Assembly (NCBI GenBank): GCA_030390025.1
Contig: JASTWF010000033.1
Span: forward strand, 5,768,001-5,832,000
Reading direction: 5' to 3'
Source: Squalus acanthias
Taxonomy: Eukaryota
DNA: 64,000 nucleotides
The translations under genes were made by a program, and so were the position numbers. The notes beneath the pieces were generated by a model. It worked only from the letters and a program-made list of their open reading frames with translations, had not been told where the DNA came from and made no database searches. Within the stretch, counting starts at the first letter, position 1, and every line of letters starts with the position of its first letter. Shown piece by piece: positions 24,691-36,904 of this stretch.

Positions 24691-26712
24691 ATTTGCAAGA
24701 GATATTCCATTGCAATGTTCTATTGCATTGCAAATAAGTATTATATTGCAATGTGATATTCCATTGCAATGTTTTATTGCATTGCAAATGACGATTATAA
24801 TGCAAAGCGCTATTCCATAACAATGTGCTATTGCATTGCAAATGACTATTATTTTTCAAAGTGATATTCCATTGCAATATTCTATTGCATTGCAAATGAA
24901 TATTATATTGCAGAGCGATATTCTATTTTAATGTGTCATTGCATTGCAAATGACTATTATATTTAAAGTTATGTTCCATTGCAATGTTCTATTGCATGGC
25001 AAATGACTATTATATTGCAAAGTCATGTTCAATTGCAACATGGTATTGCATTGAAAATGACGAATACATTGCAAAGTGATATTCCATTGCAATATGTTTT
25101 GTTTTGCAAACAAATATTACATTGCTAAGCGATATTCCATTGCAATATTCTATTGCTTTGTAAATTATTATTGCAATGCAAACTGAAATTCAATTGCAAT
25201 GTTCTCTTGCGTTGCAAATGACAATTCTATTGCAAAGTGATATTTCATTGCAATGTTCTATTGCTTTGGATATGACGATTCCATTGCATTGTCATATTCC
25301 ATTGCAATTACAAATGATTACTGTATCCTTAATTGATATTCCATTGCAATGTGCTTTTGCATTGCAAATGCCTATGGAATTGCAAAGTGATATTCCATTG
25401 GAATGTTCTATTGCATGGCAAATGACTATTATATTGCAAAGTGATATTCCATCGGAATTTCCTGTTGCATTGCAAATGGCAATGATTTTGCAATTCAATA
25501 TTTCATTGCGATTTGCTATTGCATTAAAATAACGATTATATTGCAAAGTGATGTTCCATTGCAATGTGCTTTTGCATTGCAAGCGACTATTATTTGCAAA
25601 ATCAAATTCCATTGCAATGTGCTTTTGCATTTCTAAAGACTATTACATAGCAAAATGATATTCCATTAGAAAGAGCTAATTCATTGCAAATTACTATCAT
25701 ATTAGAAAGTGATATTCCATTGCAATGTTGTATTGTATTGCAAATGTCTATTATATTGCAAAGTGATATTCCATTGCAATACTCTATTGCATTGCAAATG
25801 ACTGTTATATTTTAAAATAATATTCCATTGCAATGTTCTATTGCATTGCAAATAAGAAATATATTGCAATGTGATATTCCTTGGCAGTGTTCTATTGCAT
25901 TGCAAAAAAGTATTATATTGCAATGTAATATTACATGGCAGATTTGTATTGCATTGCAAATAAGTATTATATTGCAATGTGATATTCCATTGCAATATTC
26001 TATTGCATTGCAAATGACTATTATATTGCAAAGCAATATTACAATACAATGTGCTATTGCATTGCAAATGACTATTATACTGCAAAGCGATATTCCATTG
26101 CAATGTGCTATTGCACTGCAGATAATGGTTATATTTTAAAGCGATATTACATTACAATTTGCCATTGCATTGCAAATAGACTATTATATTGCAGAGTTAT
26201 ATTCCATTGATAAGTTCCATTGCATTGCCAATGACATTAATATTGCAAAGTGAAATTCCATTGCATTGTTACAATGCTTTGCAAATTACGATTATATTGG
26301 AAATCGACATAATGACTATTATATTACAAAGTGATATTCAATTGCAATGCGCTATTGCAATGCAAATTCATATTATTTGGCAAAGCGACATTGCATTACA
26401 ATGTGCTGTTGCATTGCAAATGACAATTATATTTTAAATTGATATTCCATTGCAATAAGCAATTGCATTGCCAATTACGATTTTAGTTGAAAGCGATATT
26501 CCATTACAATGAGAAATTGCGTTGCAGATTACTATTATGTTCCAAATTTATATTCCATGGCAATTTGCTATTGCATTGCAAATGAGTATTATATTGCAAA
26601 GTGATATTCCTTTGCAATGTACGATTGCATTGTTATGTGCCATTGCATGTCAAATGACGAATTTATTTCAAAGTGATATTCCATTGCAATATGCTGTTGC
26701 ATTGTAAATAAC

Positions 26713-29700
26713 TAACATAGAAACATAGAAACATAGACAGTAAGAGCAGGAGTAGGCTATTCGGTTCCTCGAGCTGGCTCCGCCACTTAATTAGGTCATG
26801 GCTGATCATCCAAATTCAGTACCCTGTCCCTGATTTCTCCATATATCCCTTGATCCTTTTAGCCTTAAGAAATATATCTAACTCCTTTTGAATATATTTA
26901 ATGAATTGACCTCAACTGCCTTCTGTGGTAGAGAATTCCACAGGTTCACCACTCTCTAGGTGAAGAAATTCCTCCTCATCTCTGTGCTAAACGGCTTACC
27001 CCTTATCTTTAGACTGTGACCCCTGGTTCTGGACTCCCCCGCCATCGGGAACATCCTTTCTGCATCTAGTCTCTCTCGTCCTGTTAGAATTTTATAAGTT
27101 TCAATGAATTCGCCTCTCATTCTTCTAAATTCCATCGAATATAAGCCCAATGGATCCCATCTCTCCTCATAAGTCATTCATGCCATCCCAGGTATCAGTC
27201 TGGTGTATCTTCGCTGCACTTCTTCCATTGCAAGAACATCCTTCCTCAGATAAGGCGACCAAAAGTGCACATTATACTCAAGGTGTGGTCTCACCCACGC
27301 CCTCTACATCTGCAGCAACTCATCCTTGCTCCTGTACTCGAATCCTCTCGCTATGAAGGCCAAAATACCATTTGCCTTCTTAAACTCCTACCGCACCAAC
27401 ATGCTTACCTTCAGCGACTGGTGCACGAGGACACCCAGGTCTCGTTGCACTTCTCCTTCTCCCAATCTATTGCCGTTCAGATAATAACATGCCTTCCTGC
27501 TTTTGCCACCAAAGTGGATAACCTCGCATTTATCCACGTTATATTGCATCTGCCATGCATCTGCCCAATCACCCAACCTGTCCAAAACATATTGGAGTTT
27601 CTCGGCATCCTCCTCACAGCACACACGCCCACCCAGCTTTGTTTCACTGCAAACTTGCAAATATTACATCTAGTTCCCTCATCTAGATCATTAATATATA
27701 TTGTGAATAGCTGGGGTTCTAGGACCGATGCCTGCGGTACCCAGTATTTACTGCCTGCCACTCGGAAAAAGACCCGTTTATTCCAACTCTTTGCTTCCTG
27801 TCTACCAACCAGTTCTCTATCCAAGTCAGGACCTTACCCCCAATCACATGGGCTTTAACTTTACAGGCTAATCTCTGATGCGGGACCTTATCGAAAGCCT
27901 TTTGAAAGTCCAAATACACCACATCCATGGTTCTCCCTTATCTATTCTACGAGTTACATCCTCAAAAAATTCCATTGATTAGTCAAGCACGATTTAGCTT
28001 TTGTAAATCCATGTTGACTTTTTCTGAACCTGTCACGGTTTTTCAAGTGCTCTGCTATTACATCTTTTATAATGGACTCTAGCATTTTCCCCACTACCGA
28101 TGTCAGGCTTACCGGTCTATAATTCTCCATTTTCTCTCGACCATCTTTATTAAATTGTGGGGTTACATTAGCTACCCACGAATCCATGGGAACTGTTCCA
28201 GAGTCTAAATAATTTTGGAAGATGACCAGCATTGCATCTACTATTTCTAGGGCCACTTCCTTAAGTACCTTAGGATGTAGATTATCAGGCCCTGGGGATT
28301 TATCGGCCTTTAATCCCGTCAATTTCCCTTAACACCATTTCCCTACAATTACTGATTTCATTCAGTTCCTCGCTCTCATTAGACCCTATGTTCCACGACA
28401 TCTCTGGGAGGTTATTGGTGTCGTCCTTTTTTAAGACAGAACCAAAGTATGTATTTAATTGGTCAGCCATTTCTTTGTTCCCCATTATAAATTCCACTGA
28501 TTCTGACTGCAAGAGACCTACGCTTGACTTCACAAATCTTTTTCTCTTCACATATCTGTAGAAGCTTTTACAGTTAGATTTTATGTTCCCTGAAAGCTTA
28601 CTCTCATACTCTATTTTCCTCCTCTTATTTAATCTTTTGGTCCACCTTTGCTGAATCCCAAACTGCTCCCAATCCTCAGGTTTGCTGCTTTTTCTGGCCA
28701 ATGTATATGTCTTCTCATTGGATCTTATGCTATGCCTAATTTACCTTGTTAACCATGTTTGCACCACATTTTTTGTTTTATTTTTATGCCAGACAGGGAT
28801 GAACAAATTGTGTAGTTAATCCATGCGATCTTTAAATGTTTGCCATTGCCGATTCACCATGAACCCTATAAGTAACGTTCCCCAGTCCACCCTAGCCAAC
28901 TCGCACCTCACACCATCGTAGTTACCTTTATTTAAATTCAGGACCCAAGTCTCTGAGTCAACTACTTCACTCTAAATCTTAATGAAGAATTCTATCATAT
29001 TATGATCGCTCCTCCCCAAGGGGCTTCGCACAATAAGATTGCTAATCAATCCTTTCCCATTACATAATACCCAGTCTAAGATGGCCCGATCTCGAGTTGT
29101 TTCCTCGACATATTGGTCCAGCAAACCATCCCTTATACACTCTAGGAATCCCTCCTCCACAGTAATGTTACTAATTTGGTTAGCCCAATCCGCATGTAGA
29201 TTAAAGTCGCCCATGATAACTGCTGTCCGCTTATTGCACGCGTCTTAAATTTCCTGTTTAATGTCATCCCCAACACCAGCATTACTGTTTGAGGATCTGT
29301 ATACAACTCCCACGAACGTTTTCTGCACCTTGGTATTTCTCAGCTCTACCCATACAGGTTCCACATCATCAGAGCTAATATCCTTCCTTATTACTGTGTT
29401 AATCTCCTCTTTAACCGGCAATGCTACCCCACCTCCTTTTCCTTTTCGCCTATCCTTCCTGAATATTGAACACCCCTGGATGTTAAATTCCCGCCCTTGG
29501 TCACGCTGGAGCAATGTATCCGCAATCCCAATTATATCATATCCGTGTATATCTAATTGCGCAGCTTATTCATCCACCATATTACAAATTCTCCTCGTAT
29601 TAACACACAAAGCCTTCAGGCTTGTTTTTTTAGAACTCGGAGTCCTATTGGAATTATTATTTACTGTGGCTTTGTTTGATTTACACACTTAATGTCTTTG

Positions 29701-31235
29701 CCTTCCACTTCTGCTTTTTGCCTTCCTGTCTTTTGCTTCTATCCTTGCTTCCCTTTTCTCTGTCTCCCTGCACAGGTTCTCAACCACCTGCCATTTTAGT
29801 TTAAACACTCCCCAACAGCACTAGCAAACACTCCCCCTAGGACATCGGTCCCAGTCCTGCCCAGGTGCAAACCGTCCAGTTTGTACTGGTCCCACCTCCC
29901 ACAGACCCGGTTCCAATGTCCCAGGAATTTGAATCCCTCCCCCTTGCACCATTCCTGTAGCCACGTATTCATCTGAAATATCCTTCTATTTCTTCTCTGA
30001 CGAGCACGTGGCGCTTCTAGCAATACTGAGATTACTACCTTTGAGGACCTATGTTTTAATTTACCTGCTAATTTCCTATATTCAGCTTTTAGGACCTCAA
30101 CCCGTTTTTTACCTATATTATTCGTTGATACCTATATTCACCACGACAGTTGGCTGTTCAGCATCCCCCTCCAGAATGACCTGCAGCCGCTCTGAGACAC
30201 CTTGACCCTTGCACCAGGGAGGCAACTATCCATGCTGGAGTCTCGTTTGCGGCCGCAGAAACGCCTATCGATTACCCTTACAATAGAATCCTCAATCACT
30301 ATAGCTCCCCCGCTGTTTTTCCTCCCGTCCTGTGCAGTAGAGCCATCCATGGTGCCAGAAACCTGGCTACTGCTGCCTTCCCCGGATAAAACGTCTCCCC
30401 CCACAATATCCAAGCGGTATAACTGTTTGAGAGGGGGATGACCACAGGGGACTCCTGCACTACCTGCCGAGTCTAGTGCTCTGCCTGGCGTTCACCCATT
30501 CTCTTCCTGCCTGTGCAGCCTTTACCTGCGGTGTGGCCAAATCCCTAATCGTGCTATCCACGATGTCCTCAGAATAGCCAATGCTCCAATATGTATTCAT
30601 TCGCAGCTCCAGCGCCGCTATGCGGTCTGCCAGTAGCTGCAGCTGGATACACTTCCCGCACACATGGTCGTCAGGGTCAAGGAAGTGTCCCTGATTTCCC
30701 ACGTAGTGCAGGAGGAGCATGCCTGGGGCCGAGCTGTGCTGCCATGAATTACCCTTTAATTAATTCAAATTAAATTAAATCAAATCAATACCACTAATTA
30801 CACAACAATTAAATGATATACTCAAGGGCCCTTTTTCACTCGCACTCCCCGCTACACAACAGAGACCCTAGAAACTAGAAACCACCAAATTTAAGTTTGG
30901 AAAAAAGCGACAAAGAGAGAAATGCTCACCAACCAATCATTTACCTGCTTTCTGGTGACGTCACGCTTCGATTACTATTTACTTCTCTCTCTCCGCACTC
31001 CTTAAATCCTCGGACTCTGCGCTCAGTCTCCACCCAGGGCCGCTCTCGCTGCTGCCACCGGGAGTCTCGGCCGCTGTCTCTCTCCCCGTTCCTTAAATCC
31101 TGTTCTCCACCTAGGGCTTTTCTCGCTGCTGCTGCCGGTGAGTCTGGGCTGCTCTCTCTCTCCCCAGTGCTTAATTCCTCGTTCTCTGCGCTCAGTCTCC
31201 ACCCAGGGCCGCTCTCGCTGCTGCTGCCGGTGAGT
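26713..31235 (-). mobile_element. Near full-length decayed CR1 LINE (5'UTR, ORF1 zinc-finger/esterase, ORF2 endonuclease-RT, tail)
   Basis: ORF1 motifs HVCGKC...LELR, IVIEDSIVR, CLPGARV, DGLHL; endonuclease motifs GDFN, SDHN; RT motif YLDFQKAFDKVPH; (AACATAGA)n tail at 26713-26737. Confidence 0.95.
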
Positions 31236-33560
31236 CATTTGCAATATAACTATTATATTGCAAAGTGTTAGTCCATTGTAATTTTCGATTGCATTGCAAA
31301 TGATAATTATATTGGTGTGATATTCCATTGCAATGTTCTGTTGCATTGCAAATGACTATTATATGGCAACGTGATATTCGATTGCAATGTTCTATTGCAT
31401 TGCAAATGATGATTATATTCCAAATTGATATTCCATTGCAATATGCTATTGCACTGCCAATTATGATTTCATTTTAAAGCGATATTCAATTACAATGTGA
31501 TATTGCATTGCAACTGACTATTATGTTGCAACTTTATATTCCGTTGCAATTTGCTATTGCATTGCAAAATGACTATTATAATGCAAAGTGATATTCCATT
31601 GCATTGTTATGTTGCATTGCAACTGACGATTATATTGCAAAGCGACATTTCATTCCAATGTGCTATTGCATTATAAATAACTACTATGCTGTTAAGTGAT
31701 ATTACATTGTAATCTTCTAATGCATTTCAAATGACTATTACTTTGCAAACTAAAATTCCATTGCAAAGTGCTATTGCAATGCAAATGCCTATTCTATTGC
31801 ATAGTGACATATCATTACAATGTGCTATTGCATTTCAACAGACAATTATATTGCAAAGTGATATTCCATTGCAAAGTGCTATTGCATTGCAAATGACAGT
31901 TTATTGCCAAGTTACTTTGTTCTATTACCTTGGAAATGACTATTAGATTGTAAAGTGATATTGCATTGCAATGTCCTATTGCCTTGGAATTGACTATAAT
32001 ATTACAAAGTTATATTCCATTGCAATGTGCTATTTCATTGCAAATGACTATTACATTGAAAAGTGATATCACATTGCAATGTTCTATTGCATTGAAAATG
32101 ACTATTATATTGCAAAGCGAAATTGCATTACAATGTGCTATTGCTTTGCAAATAACGATTTTATTGCAAAGTAATATTCCATTGCAATGTCTATTGTATT
32201 GCAAATGACGATCATATTGCAAAAGCGATATTCCATTGCAATGTGCTATTGCATTGCAAATGACTATTGTATTGCAAAGTAAAAGCCATTGCAAAGTTTT
32301 TTTGCATTGCAAGTGACAATTATATTGCAAAGTGATATTCCATTGCAATGTGCTATTGCATTGCAAATGACTATTATATTGCAAAGTGATATCGCATTGC
32401 ATTGTTTTTTTGCCCTGGAAATGACTATTAAATTGAAAATTGATATTGCATTGTAATGTTCTATTGCATTGCAAATGACTATTATATTACAACGTGATAT
32501 TCCATTGCATTTTGCTATTGCTTAGATAATGACCACCATATTGCAAAGCGACATTGCATTAGAATGTGCTATTGCATTGCAAATGACAATTATATTGCAA
32601 AGTGATATTACATTGCAATGTTCTATTGCATTGCCAATGACGATTATATTTCAATGGGGTAAATTTGCAATGTTCTATTGCATTGCAAATGACAATTATA
32701 TTGCAAACTGAAATTTCATTGCAATGTTCTATTGCATTGCAAATGATAATTATATTGGAAATTGATATCGCATTGCAATGTGCTATTGCATTGCAAATGA
32801 ATATTTTATTGCAAAGTAATATGATATTGCAATGTTGTATTGCATTGCAAGTGATGATTTTATTGCAAAGTGATATTCCATTGCAATGTACTATTGCAGT
32901 GCAGCTGACAGTCATATTGCATAGTGATATTCCAGTGCAATATGCTATTGCATTGCAAATGATAATTATATTGGAAATTGATATCGCATTGCAATGTTCT
33001 ATTGCATTGCAAATGACAATTTTATTCCAAATGAATATTCCATTGCAATGTTCTATGGCCTTGGACATGACTATAATATTAAAAAGTGATATTCCATTGC
33101 AATGTGCTATTGCATTGCAAATGACTATTACTTTGTAAAGCGACATTGCATTAGAATGTGCTGTTGCTTTGCAAATGACGATTATATTGCAAAGTAATAT
33201 TCCATTGCAATGTTCTTTCGCAGTGCAAATGACAATCATATTGCATAGTGATATTCCATTGCAATGTTCTATTGCATTGCAAATGATAGTTATATTGCAA
33301 AACGATATTCCATTGCAATGTGCTATTACGTTGCAAATGACGACTCTGTTGCAAACTGATATTCGATTTCAATGTTCTATTGAATTGCAAATGACGATCA
33401 TATTGCAAATCGATATTTCATTGCAATGTTTTATTGCATTGCAAATGACTATTATTTTGTAAAGTGATATTTCACTGCATTGTGCTATTGCATTTTAAAT
33501 GACGTTCATATTGCAAGGTGATATTCCACTGCAATTTGCTATTGCATTGTAAATTACTAT

Positions 33561-34667
33561 TGAAGGATCCAGCTAGTTCCCAAAGAATTCTGGGATACTT
33601 GGCTAGGTTTAACCCTCCCAAAGAAGGTAACTAAGAAATAACTCACTGAAAGGTTCAGCTTGTTATAAGAACATTATAACATCAGAAAAAGGAGCAGGAG
33701 TCGGCCAATTGGCCCCTCGAGCCTTCTCCGCTATTCAATGAGATCAAGGCTGATCTAATCCTAAACGCCAATCTACTATCACAGAACCATCTCCTGAAAC
33801 TAACAGAATTGGACACACGAAATTGGAGCAGGATCAGGCTACACGGCCCCTGGGCCCAAAGAATTCTGGGGTACTTGACTATGTTTAACCCTCTCATAAA
33901 AAAGGCACTTGTAAGGAATAGCTGTAGATTCAAAGATGGGGCTTAAATAAATCGGAGACTGACAACATGCAGCTGTGAACAGATAGCAAGGATGTAAGCG
34001 AGGTCGAATATCGAACATCAAAGACCAGTAAAAGTGATAAGGGGATCTTAAAATGCAAGGAACAGGCACTTTTGCAGGCTGCAAGGCGTCTCTTCACTAA
34101 TTAAACTTCGGGGTTTTATAAACAGCGCCTTAGTGGAGTCACTGTCCAAGCAATACCTGTCATCCCAGGAGATAAGGGTACCAATTATCAACCATGGTAC
34201 GAGTTCGCTGGACACATGAATCACTGTGGCTTTGTGCTTGTTCGGCAGTTAACGGTAAAACCGGTCCTCTCGAACAATAAACTATGCTTATAGCGAGGAA
34301 GAGATAACAACAGGAATGTGGAGGTAGGGTTACTCCCAACATCTGTGTCCAGCATGGGCAGGGGGGGGGGGGCACCTGAGTTCAGGGGATGGGCCCAACA
34401 GTTGAGTGACTAAACATCAAAACCAATAAAGAGTAACTGTGGTGACGTTGTTTGTACGTGTACACCCCCATTCTGTAGTAAGTGGGCATTGCTTATAGAA
34501 CTGTATATCTTGAATGAACCGTCGTATTTCCTTTGTGAGTGCACCTCAAGCTTCAGGAAACTGGGTGGCTCTCCTTGTGCACAAGTCTCTCTTAGATGTT
34601 TTAATAATTTTTGTTCTTGTCCTCAATTCCGTTTCCATCTAGAGTTTCACCAAATTCGAATCTATCA
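33561..34667 (+). mobile_element. Solo LTR (1107 bp) with 4-bp TSD
   Basis: TGAAG...TATCA termini, CTAT on both sides (33557-33560 and 34668-34671), AATAAA at ~34425. Strand is inferred only from that signal. Confidence 0.82.
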
Positions 34668-36744
34668 CTATTATATTGCAAAGTAATATTCCACTGGAAT
34701 GGGTTATTGCATTGCAAATGACAATTACATTGCAAAGTAATATTACATTGCAATATTCTATTGCATTGCAAGTGACTATTATATTGCAAAGTGATATTCC
34801 ATTGAAATGTTTTACTGCCTTGTAAATGATATTATATTGCAAAATGATATTCCATTGCAACGTGATATTACATTGTAAATGTCTATTATATTGCAAAGCG
34901 ATATTCCTTTGAAATGTTCTATTGCATTGCAAATGACTATTATATTGGCAAAGTGATGTTCCATTGCAATGTACTATTGCACTGCAAATGATGATCATAT
35001 TGGAAAGCAACATTGCATTACAATGTGCTATTGCATTGTAAATGACAGTTATATTGCAAAGTGCTATTCCAATGCAAAGTGTTATAGCATTGCAAATGAC
35101 TATTATATTGCAAAGTAATATTCCATTGCAATGTTCCATCGCATTGCAAATGATGATTATATTGCAAAGCGACATTCCATTGCAATGTGCGATTACATTG
35201 CAAATGAATATTATATTGCAAAATAATAAGCCATTGCAATGTTTTATTGCATTGCAAGTGACAATTATATTGCAAAGTGATATCGGATTGCATTTTTCTA
35301 TTGCATTGCCAATGACTATTATATTGCAAAGTAATATTCCATTGAAATGTTCTTTTGCCTTGGAATTAACTATAATATGACAAAGTTATATTCCATTGCA
35401 ATGTGCTATTTCATTGCAAAAGACTATTATATTGCAAAGAGACATTGCATTACAATGTGCTATAGTATTGTAAATGACTGGTATGTTGCAAAGTAATATT
35501 TCATTGCAATGTACTATTGCCTTGGAATTGACTATAATATTACAAAGTGATATTCCATTGCAATGTGCTATTTCATTGCAAATGACTATTATATTGCAAA
35601 GCGACATTTGATTAAAATGTGCTATTGCTTTGCAAATAACAATTTTATTGCAAAGTGATATTCCATTGCATGTGCTATTGCATTTTAAATGTCTATTGTA
35701 TTGCAAAGTAATCTTCCATTGCAATGTTCTATCGCATTGCAAATGATGATTATATTGCAGAGCGATATTCCATTGCAATGTTCTGTTGCATTGCAAATGA
35801 CGGTTATATTGCAAAGCGATATTCCATTGCAATATGCTATTACATTGCAAATGACAATTCTATTGCAAACTAATATTCCATTGCAATGTTCTATTGCATT
35901 GCAAATGACGATCGTTTTGTAAAGCGATATTCATTTGCAATGGTGTATTGCATTGCTAATGAATTTCATTTTGCAAAGTAATATTCCATTGCAATGTGCT
36001 ATTGCATTGCAATTGACGTTCACATTTCAAGGTGATATTCCATTGCAATGTGCTATTGCATTGTAAATGACTATTATATTGCAAAGTAATTTCCATTAAA
36101 ACATTATATTACATTGTAAATGTCTATTATATTGCAAAGCAATATTCCATTGCAATGTTTTATGGAATTGCAAATAACTTTCATATTGCAAAGTGATATT
36201 CCATTGCAATGTTGGACTGCATTAGAAATAACTACGATATTGTTCAGTGATTTTACATTGCAATGTGGTATTGCATTGCAAATAAGTATTATATTGCAAT
36301 GTGATCTTTCATTGCAATGTTCTATTGCTTTGCAAATGACTATTATATTGCAACTTCAGAATTTAGTGCAATGTGCCATTGCATTGCACATAATTATTAT
36401 ATTACAATGTTATATTAGGTTGCAATGTACTATTGCAGTTCAAATAACTGTTACATTACAAAGTGATATTCCATTGTAATATGCAATTGCATTGCAAATG
36501 AATATTATATTGCAAAGTCAGATGCCATTGCAAAGGGATATTTCACCGCAAAGCACTATTATATTGCAAAGTGATATTCCATTGCAATGTTCCATTGCAT
36601 TGGAAATGACTTTTATATTGCAAAGTGCAATTCAATTGCAATGTTCTATTGCATTGCAAATGACGAATATATTGCAAAGTGATATTCAATTGTAATGCTC
36701 TATTGCATTGCTAATGACTGTTATATTGAAAGAAAATTTAAAGG

Positions 36745-36870
36745 GGCCATTGTGATTAAGTAGGATTCTTCCGATGACTTTACCTGTGGCAGGCAGCAGG
36801 GTAACTCCTCTGCTATTACCGCAATCGGATTTGTCACCTTTCTTGAAGATGTTCACGATTACGGCGTGGG
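36745..36870 (-). mobile_element. Short RTE-clade LINE fragment
   Basis: AVIVNIFKKGDKSDCGNSRGVTLLPATGKVIGRILLN. Confidence 0.8.
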
Positions 36871-36904
36871 ATAGCAGGATGGTGTCTGGTAGCAAATACA
36901 TTTG

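Larger units (their letters stand above)
15608..36730. repeat. AT-rich satellite, 54-bp unit built from three 18-bp subunits, interrupted by transposons
   Basis: Consensus GTGATATTCCATTGCAAT GTTCTATTGCATTGCAAA TGACTATTATATTGCAAA; this produces the 18-aa periodic pseudo-ORFs LQCSIALQMTIILQSDIP. Confidence 0.96.

Noticed and set aside
15608..36730. Many LQCSIALQMTIILQSDIP-type ORFs resembling a repeat protein
   Set aside because: Translation of a 54-bp satellite with frequent stops and frameshifts and no splice pattern.
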